Part shown: positions 44,133 through 54,848 of the stretch, piece after piece | Position numbering within the stretch: the stretch's first letter is position 1 | Layout of the letters: each line of letters opens with the position of its first letter | The notes under the pieces: generated by a model | Seen by the model: the letters and a program-made list of their open reading frames with translations, nothing else | Told to the model about the DNA's origin: nothing | Database searches by the model: none | Made by a program: the position numbers and the translations under genes | Assembly (NCBI GenBank): GCA_903905655.1 | Contig: CAIVHG010000036.1 | Location: forward strand, 10,142-74,141 | DNA: 64,000 nt | From: an uncultured beta proteobacterium | Lineage (GTDB): Bacteria > Pseudomonadota > Gammaproteobacteria > Burkholderiales > SG8-41 | Direction: 5' to 3'

Positions 44133-46313
44133 ATGCCCAGCCTACGCCCAGCGCTTAATAGCGGAGCCGTCAAGCACTTGCTCATCGTCTGCGCAGCGGT
44201 CGCAGCGATCACGCTTTATTTGCTGGCCACGGCGAGCGCCAACACCGCGCTGTTCGCGCAACACTATCCCTTGTTGCTTGCCCTGAACGGCGCGCTCGCG
44301 GTGTGTCTGGCGCTACTGCTCGGCTATCAGTTCTATACGCTGCGCAAGAAGCTCAAGGCTGGCGTGTTTGGCGCCAAGCTTACGCTGCGGTTGGTGATGC
44401 TGTTCGCGGTGGTTGCGGTGTTGCCGTGCGCCCTCGTTTACGGCGTGTCGGTGCAGTTCGTGGCAAAGAGCATCGAATCGTGGTTTGACGTGAGAGTCGA
44501 AAAGGCGCTCGAGGGGGGGCTGAACCTCGGGCGCACCACGCTCGACAGCATGCTCAAGGATCTGACGAAGAAGTCCGACGCCATGGCGCGCGCACTGGCG
44601 CTACGCGCGCCGTCCGAGCACGTCACTGCGCTCAACGAACTGCGCGAGCAGGCTGGCGTGCAGGAAGCCACGCTGTTTACGCCGCGCGGCCGCGTGCTGG
44701 TGTTCTCGGGTTCGGAGCGTAGCGCGCTGATGCCGGATCTGCCGGGGCCGACCGTGATGCGCCAGCTGCGCCTGCAGAAGAGCTACAGCGCTACCGAAGC
44801 GATACCGGACAAGGGGCTGTACCTGAGGGCGCTGACGCCGGTCAACCTGGTGAGCCTTTCAGAAGACATGCGCGTGCTGCAGTTGTTGCAGCCGGTGCCC
44901 GCGCAGCTCGCGCTGGATGCGGAAATCGTACAGGCCGGGCAGAGCGAGTATCAGGAACTCCTGCTGGCGCGCCAGGGATTGCGCCGGCTCTACGGGCTCA
45001 CGCTGACGCTCACGCTGCTGCTAGCCCTGCTCACTGCATTTTCCCTGGCCTTCGTGCTGAGCGAACGGCTGTCCGCGCCATTGAGCTTCCTGGTCGAGGG
45101 CACGCGTGCGGTGGCGCAGGGTGACTTCAGCCAGCGCGCCGCGGTGGAAAGCGGCGACGAACTGGGTACGTTGACGCAGTCGTTCAATACGATGAGAGAG
45201 CAGCTTACCGAGGCGCGTGGCGTGGCCGAGCGCAACCAGAGCCAGCTCAGCACGGCCCACACCTATTTGCAAAGCATACTGGTCAACCTATCCGCAGGGG
45301 TGCTGGCTTTTGACGAAACGCTGAGGCTGCGGTCGTTTAACCGCAGCGCCGGTCACATATTGGACGTGGATTTCGGCGGGCTCGAGCAGCTCGAGCTCGC
45401 GCGCTGGCACGAACGCGCCCCCGCGCTGGCGCAGTTTGCCGCCGAGATCGCGGCATCATTCGAGAGCGCGGGCGACGGGGAATGGGAGAAACAGGTGGAG
45501 CGCGGCGGCAGCCAGATGCTACTGCTGCGCGGCACGCGTCTGCCGACCAGCGGCGGGACCGGCTATGTGGTTGTGTTCGACGACATAACCCACGTGCTGC
45601 AGGCGCAGCGCGACGCGGCATGGACCGAAGTCGCGCGCCGCCTGGCGCATGAAATCAAAAACCCGCTGACGCCGATTCAACTGTCGGCCGAACGCCTGCA
45701 AAGCAAGCTTGCCGGCAAGCTGGCCGCCCCGGAGGCTGACATGCTCATGCGCTCGACGCAAACCATCGTCAACCAGGTGGGTGCGCTTAAACACATGGTA
45801 GACGCGTTTCGCGAGTACGCGCACATGCCGGAACCGGTCATGGCGGAACTCGATTTCAATGCGCTGTTGCGCGAGGTGCTGACGCTGTACGAATCGCTGA
45901 GCAGCTGGATGCAAGTGGAATTGGCGCCGGATTTGCCACGCCTGGTCGGCGATGCGGCCCAGCTGCGCCAGGTGATCCACAACCTCCTGCAGAACGCGCA
46001 AGACGCGCTTGCGGGGGTGCCGAACCCGAGTATAGTGGTGCGCTCGGAGGCCGTGAGCGCGGGTATACGCGTGACGATCAGCGACAACGGCAGCGGATTT
46101 CCCGAGCAGCTGATGAAGCGCGCATTTGAACCCTACATGACCACCAAGCCCAGGGGCACCGGTCTCGGCCTCGTGATCGTCAAGAAGATTATCGAAGAAC
46201 ACGGGGGCAGCGTGGATATAGGCAACCTAGCGCCGCATGGGGCGCGAGTCGTGTTCACGCTGCCAGCGGCCGTCGCTCGCGAGCGTTTGCTCAAAAGCGC
46301 GGTGCGCGCATAG
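44133..46313 (+). CDS. ntrY: NtrY-like sensor histidine kinase (TM-HAMP-PAS-HisKA-HATPase)
   Basis: 726 aa. N-terminal TM helices, HAMP, PAS-like region, H-box HEIKNPLTPIQLSAERL, N/G boxes (HNLLQNAQDA, DNGSGF, GTGLGL). Confidence 0.85.
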   Translation: MPSLRPALNSGAVKHLLIVCAAVAAITLYLLATASANTALFAQHYPLLLALNGALAVCLALLLGYQFYTLRKKLKAGVFGAKLTLRLVMLFAVVAVLPCALVYGVSVQFVAKSIESWFDVRVEKALEGGLNLGRTTLDSMLKDLTKKSDAMARALALRAPSEHVTALNELREQAGVQEATLFTPRGRVLVFSGSERSALMPDLPGPTVMRQLRLQKSYSATEAIPDKGLYLRALTPVNLVSLSEDMRVLQLLQPVPAQLALDAEIVQAGQSEYQELLLARQGLRRLYGLTLTLTLLLALLTAFSLAFVLSERLSAPLSFLVEGTRAVAQGDFSQRAAVESGDELGTLTQSFNTMREQLTEARGVAERNQSQLSTAHTYLQSILVNLSAGVLAFDETLRLRSFNRSAGHILDVDFGGLEQLELARWHERAPALAQFAAEIAASFESAGDGEWEKQVERGGSQMLLLRGTRLPTSGGTGYVVVFDDITHVLQAQRDAAWTEVARRLAHEIKNPLTPIQLSAERLQSKLAGKLAAPEADMLMRSTQTIVNQVGALKHMVDAFREYAHMPEPVMAELDFNALLREVLTLYESLSSWMQVELAPDLPRLVGDAAQLRQVIHNLLQNAQDALAGVPNPSIVVRSEAVSAGIRVTISDNGSGFPEQLMKRAFEPYMTTKPRGTGLGLVIVKKIIEEHGGSVDIGNLAPHGARVVFTLPAAVARERLLKSAVRA

Positions 46314-46333
46314 ACTAACCAATCGATATCCAT

Positions 46334-47590
46334 ATGCAGCAGATACTGGTGGTAGACGACGAGGTTGGAATCCGGGAGTTGCTTTCCGAGATTCTGCGCG
46401 ACGAGGGCTACAGCGTGCGGCTTGCCGAGAATGCCGGGCAGGCGCGCGCATTGCGCGTCGAGGCGCGTCCGGATCTGGTCCTGCTCGATATCTGGATGCC
46501 CGATACCGATGGCATCACGCTGCTCAAGGAATGGGCCAGCTCAGGCCTGCTGACGATGCCAGTTGTGATGATGTCTGGCCACGGCACGATCGACACTGCG
46601 GTCGAGGCGACGCGCATCGGCGCTTATGATTTCCTCGAAAAGCCGATTGCGCTGCAAAAGCTGCTTGCCACCGTAAGCCGTGCGCTGCGCAGCGGCGAGC
46701 AGAAGGTGAAGCCGGCGCTGATGCTCGCGACGCTGGGGCGCGCGCCGATCGTGGCGGAACTGAAGCAGCGGCTGGAACGCGTGTGCAACCTGAAGTCGCC
46801 GCTCCTGCTCACCAGTGAGCCCGGCAGTGGCGTGGAAGCGTGCGCGCGCTTCGTGCACCCGGCAAATGCTTCGTGGGTGGCGCCGGAGAGTCTGTCCACG
46901 CTCGCCGAAGCCCCGCTGGATCTGCTACAACAGGCGCGCGAAGGCACCTTGTTTCTGCAGGAGGTCGGGGACCTGACGCGCGTCGAGCAAAAAGGGCTGC
47001 TGCTGATTGCCGGCAGGCTCGAGAAGTACAACACCCGTCTGGTTTGCGCCACGGCGCGCTCCCTGCCCGAACTGGTGGCGCAGGGCGCCTTTGACGCGCG
47101 GCTCTACAGCGCGCTGGCGGCGGTCACGATACACGTACCGAGCCTGCGCGAACATCGCGAAGACATTCCGGATCTCGCCAATCTGTTCCTGCTGCGCAGC
47201 GTCGAGGCGAAGGAAGTGCCGCCGCGGCACTTCACCGTCGCCGCGTTGAATGCGCTGCGCAACTATGAATGGCCCGGAAATCTGAGCCAGCTGGAAAGCG
47301 TGGTGCATACGCTGGCGCTTACCGCGGCCGGCGAGGAGATTGGCGTCGCCGAGGTGCAGCATACGCTCTCCCAGTTCGGGCCGGCGCGGGCGGCGACCGG
47401 CGGCCTGCCGCTCGATTTGCCGCTGCGCGAGGCGCGCGATGCTTTCGAGCGCGTCTATTTCGAGCATCACATCGCCAAGGAAGGCGGCAACATGAGCCGC
47501 GTCGCGGACAGCGTCGGCCTGGAGCGCACCCATTTGTATCGCAAACTGAAACAACTGGGCGTCAAGCTGACTCGCCGCAACGACGAATAG
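46334..47590 (+). CDS. ntrX: NtrX-like response regulator (REC + degenerate AAA+ + Fis-type HTH)
   Basis: 418 aa. REC domain (VVDDE...LLDIWMPDTDG), central domain with SEPGSGVE in place of the Walker A GESGTGKE, GTLFLQEVG in place of GTLFLDEIG and no GAFTGA loop, then the C-terminal HTH MSRVADSVGLERTHLYRKLK. Confidence 0.85.
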   Translation: MQQILVVDDEVGIRELLSEILRDEGYSVRLAENAGQARALRVEARPDLVLLDIWMPDTDGITLLKEWASSGLLTMPVVMMSGHGTIDTAVEATRIGAYDFLEKPIALQKLLATVSRALRSGEQKVKPALMLATLGRAPIVAELKQRLERVCNLKSPLLLTSEPGSGVEACARFVHPANASWVAPESLSTLAEAPLDLLQQAREGTLFLQEVGDLTRVEQKGLLLIAGRLEKYNTRLVCATARSLPELVAQGAFDARLYSALAAVTIHVPSLREHREDIPDLANLFLLRSVEAKEVPPRHFTVAALNALRNYEWPGNLSQLESVVHTLALTAAGEEIGVAEVQHTLSQFGPARAATGGLPLDLPLREARDAFERVYFEHHIAKEGGNMSRVADSVGLERTHLYRKLKQLGVKLTRRNDE

Positions 47591-47691
47591 GCGCTGCCGG
47601 GTGCACGCTGATTGCGCGCGGGGCATGACAGAGCGCGCTATTTCGAAGATAATTATGCCTTCCGCAGGCACCCTTCCCTAAGGACCATCGT

Positions 47692-49701
47692 ATGGTTTCC
47701 CGTTCCACGCTCGCCAACGCAATCCGCGCGCTGGCGATGGACGCTGTGCAGCAAGCAAATTCAGGGCACCCCGGCATGCCCATGGGCATGGCGGACATCG
47801 CCGAAGCATTATGGAATCACCATCTACGTCACAATCCCTCCCACCCGCATTGGTTCGACCGTGACCGTTTCGTGCTTTCAAACGGTCATGGCTCGATGCT
47901 CCTCTACGCGTTACTGCATCTCACCGGATACGAATTGCCGATCGGGGAACTCAAGAATTTCCGCCAGCTGCATTCGAAAACGCCCGGCCACCCCGAATAC
48001 GGCATAACGCCCGGTGTCGAGACCACCACCGGTCCACTGGGACAAGGAATCGCGAACGCGGTCGGTTTCGCCATCGCCGAAAAGGTGCTCGCAGCGCAGT
48101 TCAATCGCGCGGGCCACGACATCATCGACCATCGCACCTATGTTTTCCTCGGCGATGGTTGCATGATGGAAGGCATCTCGCACGAAGCGTGCGCGCTCGC
48201 CGGCACGCTCGGTCTCTCTAAACTGATCGCGTTTTATGACGACAACGGCATTTCGATAGACTCGGAAAAAGGCCGTATCTCGTCCTGGTTCACGGACAAT
48301 ACGCCGCAGCGCTTCGAAGCTTACGGTTGGCATGTGGTTGCAAATGTCGACGGCCACGATTTCGCAGCACTCGACGCTGCCATCGCGAAGGCCAAGGCGG
48401 AGCACGCGCGCCCAACGCTGATTTGCTGCAAGACGATCATCGGCAAGGGCGCGCCCAAGAAAGCGAATACCGGAGGCGCCCATGGCGCGCCTCTCGGCAA
48501 AGAAGAAGTGGCTGGGGCGCGCGTGAGCCTGGGCTGGGAGTATCCGCCGTTTGAAATTCCGGCCGACGTCTATGCGGGTTGGGATGCGCGCGCCAAAGGG
48601 GCGGCGGTGGAAACCGACTGGAATGCGAAGTTCGCTGCGTACAAGCGCGAGTACCCGCAACTTGCGGCGGAGCTTGAGCGCAGAATCGCAGGTGAGTTAC
48701 CCGCCAACTGGCGCGCGCATTGCGCGGCCTACCTCGCGCAAACCGTCGCTCAAGGCGAGACCATCGCCACCCGCAAGGCTTCGCAGAATTCGATCGAGGC
48801 GCTTGCGCCTGCATTGCCTGAACTCATCGGCGGCTCAGCCGATCTCGCCGCATCCAACCTGACGCTGTGGTCGGGTTCCAAGCCGCTCAGCAGTGAGGGC
48901 GGTGGCAATTACATTTATTTCGGCGTGCGCGAGTTCGCGATGACGGCGATCACCAATGGCCTCACACTGCACGGCGGGTTGATTCCGTACGCCGCAACCT
49001 TCCTGACGTTTTCCGACTATGCGCGCAACGCCCTGCGCATGGCGGCGCTGATGAAAGTGCGCGGAGTCTTCGTCTACACCCATGATTCCATCGGCTTGGG
49101 CGAAGACGGCCCGACCCACCAATCGGTCGAGCACGCCGCGGTTTTGCGCTTGCTTCCAAACATGGACGTCTGGCGGCCGTGCGACACCATGGAAACGGCC
49201 GTCGCGTGGATCGCCGCGGTAGAGCGCGCTGACGGTCCGACGAGCCTGCTGTTGTCGCGCCAGAATCTGCAGTTTCAGAAACGCGATCCACAGCAGCTCA
49301 AGGATATTGCGCGCGGGGGCTATGTACTGGCGGAAGCAGGCGGGCAGCCGCGGTGCGTGTTGATCGCGACCGGCTCCGAGATCCAGCTCGCGCTGGAGGC
49401 GCAGCAGGCGCTGGCGCACGCGGGGATCGCAGTGCGCGTCGTATCCATGCCGTGCACCAGTGTTTTCGACCGCCAGGACGCGGCGTGGCGCGCAGCGGTT
49501 CTGCCGCACGGTGTGCCGCGGGTTGCGGTGGAAGCGGGAGTCACGGATTTCTGGCGCAAGTACGTAGGCGCCGTCGACGGCGAGCATGGTGCAGTCGTGG
49601 GCATCGATCGCTATGGCGAATCGGCGCCTGCGGCGGAGGTCTTCAAGTACTTCGGATTCACCGTCGAGAACGTCGTCGAGAAAGTACGGAGCGTATTGTA
49701 A
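47692..49701 (+). CDS. tkt: transketolase
   Basis: 669 aa. N-terminal signature [26 protein letters not shown], ThDP motif [10 protein letters not shown]. Confidence 0.97.
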   Translation: MVSRSTLANAIRALAMDAVQQANSGHPGMPMGMADIAEALWNHHLRHNPSHPHWFDRDRFVLSNGHGSMLLYALLHLTGYELPIGELKNFRQLHSKTPGHPEYGITPGVETTTGPLGQGIANAVGFAIAEKVLAAQFNRAGHDIIDHRTYVFLGDGCMMEGISHEACALAGTLGLSKLIAFYDDNGISIDSEKGRISSWFTDNTPQRFEAYGWHVVANVDGHDFAALDAAIAKAKAEHARPTLICCKTIIGKGAPKKANTGGAHGAPLGKEEVAGARVSLGWEYPPFEIPADVYAGWDARAKGAAVETDWNAKFAAYKREYPQLAAELERRIAGELPANWRAHCAAYLAQTVAQGETIATRKASQNSIEALAPALPELIGGSADLAASNLTLWSGSKPLSSEGGGNYIYFGVREFAMTAITNGLTLHGGLIPYAATFLTFSDYARNALRMAALMKVRGVFVYTHDSIGLGEDGPTHQSVEHAAVLRLLPNMDVWRPCDTMETAVAWIAAVERADGPTSLLLSRQNLQFQKRDPQQLKDIARGGYVLAEAGGQPRCVLIATGSEIQLALEAQQALAHAGIAVRVVSMPCTSVFDRQDAAWRAAVLPHGVPRVAVEAGVTDFWRKYVGAVDGEHGAVVGIDRYGESAPAAEVFKYFGFTVENVVEKVRSVL

Positions 49702-49793
49702 AATGAGAGGCGCCTGAGCAATCCCGGTGAGGGAGTGCAACTCAAGCAAATCTTGCGACGGCGCGCAGCGCCGGTATCCAAAGGAGAAAGAGC

Positions 49794-50807
49794 ATGACGA
49801 TCAAAGTTGCAATCAACGGCTATGGCCGCATCGGGCGCAATGTGCTGCGCGCACATTACGAAAGCGGGAAGTCGCACGACATCCAGTTCGTCGCGATCAA
49901 CGATCTGGGCAACGCTGAGACCAATGCCTATCTGACGCGCTATGACACGGCGCATGGCAAGTTCAAGGGTACGGTTGCCGTCGAAGGCGATTCCATGGTC
50001 GTGAACGGCGACAAGATCAAGGTGCTCGCGCAGCGTAATCCCGCGGAACTGCCGTGGGGCGCTCTTGGCGTCGACGTGGTCCTCGAATGCACGGGCCTTT
50101 TCACCAGCAAAGAGAAGGCGGGCCTGCACCTCAAAGGCGGCGCCAAGAAAGTCCTGATTTCCGGCCCGGGCGGCGCCGGTATCGATGCGACCGTGGTCTA
50201 CGGCGTCAACCATCAGGTTCTGAAGGCGAGCCATAGCCTGGTCTCGAATGCTTCCTGCACGACCAATTGCCTGGCGCCGATGGCAAAGACGCTGCACGAC
50301 AAGATCGGCCTCGTGCAGGGATTGATGACTACCGTGCACTCTTACACCAACGACCAAGTACTGACCGACGTCTACCATGAAGATTTGCGGCGTGCGCGCT
50401 CGGCGACGATGTCGATGATTCCCACCAAGACCGGGGCTGCGGCAGCGGTTGGCCTGGTGTTGCCGGAACTCAACGGCAAGCTCGACGGTTTTGCGGTGCG
50501 CGTACCCACGATCAATGTCTCGCTGGTGGACCTCACTTTCACCGCGGCGCGCGCAACCTCCGTCGAGGAAGTGAACGCGATCATGAAGGCGGCGGCGCAG
50601 GGCGCGCTCAAAGGCGTGCTCGAATACAACGATGGCCCGCTGGTGTCGGTCGATTTCAACCACAATCCGGCTTCCTGTACGTTCGACGCCACGCTCACCA
50701 AGGTGACCGGCGGCACGCTCGTGAAGGCGCTGGGTTGGTACGACAACGAATGGGGCTTCAGCAACCGCATGCTCGATGTGACGGTCGCGTGGATGAACGC
50801 AAAGTAA
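49794..50807 (+). CDS. gap: glyceraldehyde-3-phosphate dehydrogenase
   Basis: 337 aa. [13 protein letters not shown], active site [12 protein letters not shown]. Confidence 0.97.
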   Translation: MTIKVAINGYGRIGRNVLRAHYESGKSHDIQFVAINDLGNAETNAYLTRYDTAHGKFKGTVAVEGDSMVVNGDKIKVLAQRNPAELPWGALGVDVVLECTGLFTSKEKAGLHLKGGAKKVLISGPGGAGIDATVVYGVNHQVLKASHSLVSNASCTTNCLAPMAKTLHDKIGLVQGLMTTVHSYTNDQVLTDVYHEDLRRARSATMSMIPTKTGAAAAVGLVLPELNGKLDGFAVRVPTINVSLVDLTFTAARATSVEEVNAIMKAAAQGALKGVLEYNDGPLVSVDFNHNPASCTFDATLTKVTGGTLVKALGWYDNEWGFSNRMLDVTVAWMNAK

Positions 50808-50817
50808 TTTGTTGCAA

Positions 50818-50848
50818 CGTGATCGCCGCGTGCTAAGCGGCGGTCACG
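50818..50848 (+). other. 12-bp-stem RNA hairpin in the gap-pgk spacer
   Basis: CGTGATCGCCGC-gtgctaa-GCGGCGGTCACG (one G-U pair), starting 11 nt after the gap stop. No U-tract follows. Confidence 0.4.
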
Positions 50849-50872
50849 TCTCACTTAGCAGCGTGAACGAAG

Positions 50873-52051
50873 ATGAACTTCAAGAAAATGATCGATCTCG
50901 CCCTCGCGGGCAAGCGCGTGTTCATACGCGCCGATCTCAACGTGCCGCAGGATGCAAGCGGCGCCATTACCGATGACACGCGCATCCGTGCGACGGTGCC
51001 GGCCATCAAGCACGCGCTGAAGGCCGGCGCTGCGGTCATGGTGACCTCGCATCTTGGTCGCCCGAGCGAAGGCGAATGCAAGCCAGAGGATTCGCTGGCG
51101 CCCATCGCGCAGCGCCTGTCCGAACTGCTCGGGGTGGCGGTACCGCTCAAGCGCGACTGGACGGGCGGGGTGGAAGTCGCCCCCGGGGCGGTGGTGATGC
51201 TGGAGAACTGCCGCTGCAACAAAGGCGAAAAGAAGAATGACGATGCTCTCTCGCGCAGGATGGCGGCGCTGTGCGATGTGTACGTAAACGACGCTTTTGG
51301 AACAGCACATCGTGCAGAGGCGACGACGCATGGAATCGCGAAATACGCGACGGTGGCGTGCGCCGGCCCGCTGATGGCCGCGGAGCTCGAAGCGCTTGCG
51401 CTTGCGCTCGAACATCCGCAACACCCGCTGGTCGCAATTGTGGGCGGCTCTAAGGTTTCGACCAAGCTGACGCTGCTAAAGACGCTGGTGCAAAAAGTGG
51501 ACGAGCTGATCGTGGGCGGCGCGCTTGCCAATACCTTCCTGCTTGCCGCGGGTTACAGCGTGGGCAAATCGCTGGTCGAGCAGGAACTCGTGCCTGAGGC
51601 GCAGGCGATCATCGCGGCGGCCAAGGCCAAGGGCAGCGCAATGCCGCTGCCGGTAGACGTGGTGTGCGCGAAGGAATTTTCGGCGCAGGCTCAGGCCACC
51701 CTCAAGGGCATTGCGGACGTTGCTGCAGACGATCTGATTCTGGATATCGGCCCGCAATCGAGCGCGCGCCTGTCAGAGATACTCGCACGCGCCGGCACCA
51801 TCGTCTGGAACGGGCCGGTTGGCGTTTTCGAATACGATCAGTTCGGCGGCGGAACAGCGCGCCTTGCACAGGCGATCGCGCAGTCCAAGGCCTATTCTCT
51901 TGCGGGCGGGGGCGACACGCTGGCGGCAGTGGCGAAGTACGGCATTACCGAGAATATCTCCTACATCTCGACGGGCGGCGGCGCCTTTCTCGAATTCCTC
52001 GAGGGCCGGACGTTGCCCGCGGTGGAAATTCTCGAACAGCGGGCGGCCTGA
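50873..52051 (+). CDS. pgk: phosphoglycerate kinase
   Basis: 392 aa. RADLNVP motif, GGGDT...[14 protein letters not shown]-terminal pattern. Confidence 0.97.
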   Translation: MNFKKMIDLALAGKRVFIRADLNVPQDASGAITDDTRIRATVPAIKHALKAGAAVMVTSHLGRPSEGECKPEDSLAPIAQRLSELLGVAVPLKRDWTGGVEVAPGAVVMLENCRCNKGEKKNDDALSRRMAALCDVYVNDAFGTAHRAEATTHGIAKYATVACAGPLMAAELEALALALEHPQHPLVAIVGGSKVSTKLTLLKTLVQKVDELIVGGALANTFLLAAGYSVGKSLVEQELVPEAQAIIAAAKAKGSAMPLPVDVVCAKEFSAQAQATLKGIADVAADDLILDIGPQSSARLSEILARAGTIVWNGPVGVFEYDQFGGGTARLAQAIAQSKAYSLAGGGDTLAAVAKYGITENISYISTGGGAFLEFLEGRTLPAVEILEQRAA

Positions 52052-52122
52052 GCGGGGCCACAGCACTGCCCGCAAATGCAGCGCACCACGCAACGCCGCA
52101 CGCAAATCCGGAGACCTGAAGC

Positions 52123-53568
52123 TTGAGCGAATCACTATATATTCCGCGCCGTACCAAGATCGTAGCCACGCTGGGGCCCAGTTCGCACGACCGGAAGACG
52201 CTGGCCGCGATGATCGACGCCGGGCTCGACGTGGTGCGGCTCAACTTTTCTCATGGCACGCCGGAGTGGCACGTCCAGACCGCCGAAATGGTGCGGCAGC
52301 TCGCGCGCAAGGCGGGGCGCGCGATCGGTGTGCTGATGGATCTGCAGGGACCCAAGATACGCATCGGGCGCTTCGCCCATGACCGCATCACACTCGCTAC
52401 GGGCGACAAGTTCATGCTCGACGCCGAGCTCAAGCTCGGCGACCAGCACGCCGTGGGACTCGATTACCCGAGCCTGCCGCGCGACGTTTCGGCGGGTGAC
52501 ACCCTGCTGCTCGACGATGGCCGCATCACGCTCACGGTCACCCAGGTCAAGGGGCCGCGTATCTATACGCGCGTCGAGCACGGCGGCGCGCTGTCCAACA
52601 ACAAGGGCATCAATCGCAAGGGCGGCGGCCTTTCAGCGCCAGCGCTCACCGCCAAGGACGTGCAGGACATCAAGACCGCGGCCCGGCTCAAGGCGGATTA
52701 TCTGGCGGTGTCGTTTCCGCGTTCGGGTGCCGACATCGAATGGGCGCGCGAGGTGATGCGCAAAGCCGGCGGGCACAGCATGATCTGCGCAAAGATCGAG
52801 CGCGCGGAGGCAATCACTGCGCTGCCTGAGATACTCGATGCCTCGGACGCGATCATGGTGGCGCGCGGCGATCTCGCCGTCGAAGTCGGCGATGCAGTGG
52901 TACCGGCACTGCAAAAGCGCATGATCAGGATGGCGCGCGAACGCAACAAGGTGGTGATTACCGCGACGCAGATGATGGAGTCGATGATCGAGAACCCGAT
53001 CCCGACGCGCGCCGAAGTTTCCGACGTCGCCAACGCCGTGCTCGATGGCACCGACGCAGTCATGCTGTCGGCCGAGACCGCGAGCGGAAAATATCCGGTG
53101 GCAACCGTTGCGGCGATGGCGCGCGTGTGCCTGGAGGCGGAGAAGGAAGATACTGCAAGCACCGAGCAGCGCAATCTGCGGCCGCCGGTGAATGTAGAGG
53201 AAACGATCGCGCGCGCGGGCATATTTACCGCCAATAGCCTAAACATAAAGGCCATCGCGGCGCTGACGCAAAGCGGCAAGACGGTGCAGCTCATGTCGCG
53301 CATGAGCACGAGCGTGCCGATTTACGCGTTGTCGTCGCTCGCTGAAACGCGTCGGCGCGTGACGCTGTTCCGTGGCGTGTATCCCATCAAATACCGGGGG
53401 TCGCGCAATCCGGAGCGCGCGTTGCAAATGGCCGAAGACGAGCTGCTCAAGCGTGGAGCAGTGGAGATCGGAGATTTCATCATCATCACCATCGGCGAGC
53501 CCTACGGCATCGCAGGTGGAACCAATACCATGAAAATCGTGAAGGTCGGGGAACACCGCACCGCGTAA
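52123..53568 (+). CDS. pyk: pyruvate kinase
   Basis: 481 aa. TKIVATLGPSS, MVARGDLAVEV, full-length PK. TTG start as given by the ORF track. Confidence 0.95.
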   Translation: MSESLYIPRRTKIVATLGPSSHDRKTLAAMIDAGLDVVRLNFSHGTPEWHVQTAEMVRQLARKAGRAIGVLMDLQGPKIRIGRFAHDRITLATGDKFMLDAELKLGDQHAVGLDYPSLPRDVSAGDTLLLDDGRITLTVTQVKGPRIYTRVEHGGALSNNKGINRKGGGLSAPALTAKDVQDIKTAARLKADYLAVSFPRSGADIEWAREVMRKAGGHSMICAKIERAEAITALPEILDASDAIMVARGDLAVEVGDAVVPALQKRMIRMARERNKVVITATQMMESMIENPIPTRAEVSDVANAVLDGTDAVMLSAETASGKYPVATVAAMARVCLEAEKEDTASTEQRNLRPPVNVEETIARAGIFTANSLNIKAIAALTQSGKTVQLMSRMSTSVPIYALSSLAETRRRVTLFRGVYPIKYRGSRNPERALQMAEDELLKRGAVEIGDFIIITIGEPYGIAGGTNTMKIVKVGEHRTA

Positions 53569-53654
53569 TCAGGGCAACACGCGCAGCGGAAGAAGAATCA
53601 TGCACGCCGTCGTGTGCCCAGCGTCAGATTCACATACCAGTTCAAGGAGGCATT

Positions 53655-54680
53655 ATGTTCGAGAAAGAACTTGCAGCAATCGCGGCCGCGATGGTGGCGC
53701 CGGGCAAAGGCATACTGGCAATCGACGAATCGAGCGGCACGATCAAGCGGCGCTTTGACTCGATCGCGCTCGAATCCTCAGTGGAAAGTCGGCGCGCGTA
53801 TCGCGACCTGTTGATTACGGGGAGCGGTCTCTCACAACATATCAGCGGCATGATTCTCTACGACGAGACCATCAGGCAGGCGACCAAAGAAGGTGTGCCG
53901 TTCCCTGAGGTGATGCGCAAGAACGGCATCCAGGTCGGCATCAAGGTTGATACCGGGGCAATGGACCTCGCGTTGGCCGCAGGAGAGAAAGTAACAGAGG
54001 GCCTGGACGGTCTGCGTGAGCGGCTGGCGGCATACAAGAAGCTCGGTGCGACCTTCGCCAAGTGGCGCGCCGTGATTACCATCGACGATGGATTGCCTAG
54101 TGCTGATTGCATTGCGGTCAATGCTCACGCGCTCGCGCGCTATGCAGCGCTGTGCCAGGAGGCGGGCATTGTTCCGATCGTCGAACCCGAGGTCCTGATG
54201 GACGGCGCGCATACGCTGGAGCGTTCCTTCGAGGTGACCGTGCAGACGCAGCATGCATTGTTTGAGCAGCTCAGGCTACAGCGCGTGCGTGAGGAATATG
54301 TCGTGCTCAAGGCCAGCATGGTGATTTCCGGCAACAAGTGCCCGCGGCAGGCCAGTGTGCAGGAGGTCGCCGAAGCGACTGTCAGGTGCCTGCAGCGCAC
54401 GGTGCCAGCCGCTGTACCGGGCATCGTATTTTTGTCCGGCGGACAGAGCGACGAGCTCGCCACTGCTCACCTTAACACCATGAATTCAAATAAGAAATAT
54501 CTCCCGTGGCCGCTCTCATTTTCCTATGGGCGTGCCTTGCAGGCGCCCGCGCTCAAAGCCTGGAAGGGGCAGCCGTCCAATGTTGCAGCCGCACAAAAGG
54601 CGTTGCTGCATCGTGCGCGCCTGAACGGCGCGGCCAGCCTCGGGCGCTATCAGGCGGAGATGGAGCGGGAGGGCGCGTAA
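53655..54680 (+). CDS. fba: fructose-bisphosphate aldolase, class I
   Basis: 341 aa. N-terminal GKGILAIDESSGTIKRRF and Schiff-base-type class I pattern (VVLKASMV, FLSGGQS). Good RBS (AGGAGG-like) before the ATG. Confidence 0.9.
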   Translation: MFEKELAAIAAAMVAPGKGILAIDESSGTIKRRFDSIALESSVESRRAYRDLLITGSGLSQHISGMILYDETIRQATKEGVPFPEVMRKNGIQVGIKVDTGAMDLALAAGEKVTEGLDGLRERLAAYKKLGATFAKWRAVITIDDGLPSADCIAVNAHALARYAALCQEAGIVPIVEPEVLMDGAHTLERSFEVTVQTQHALFEQLRLQRVREEYVVLKASMVISGNKCPRQASVQEVAEATVRCLQRTVPAAVPGIVFLSGGQSDELATAHLNTMNSNKKYLPWPLSFSYGRALQAPALKAWKGQPSNVAAAQKALLHRARLNGAASLGRYQAEMEREGA

Positions 54681-54848
54681 GATTCCGGAAAGCACGCCCC
54701 GCTAGGCTTTTGCATTAAACCCCGGACGGGAAGTGGGGACACAGTAGATTGAAGAAAAGAAACCGGTTATCATGCCGGCACGCGACTAAGCGATCGTTTG
54801 AATCGCACCGCTGAAGAATAAGATTACTATCCTTTTGGAGGCAGGCAA

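Noticed and set aside
48835-50663. 304-aa and 350-aa minus-strand ORFs antisense to tkt and gap
   Set aside because: Shadow ORFs of strongly supported sense genes, with no motifs and biased composition.
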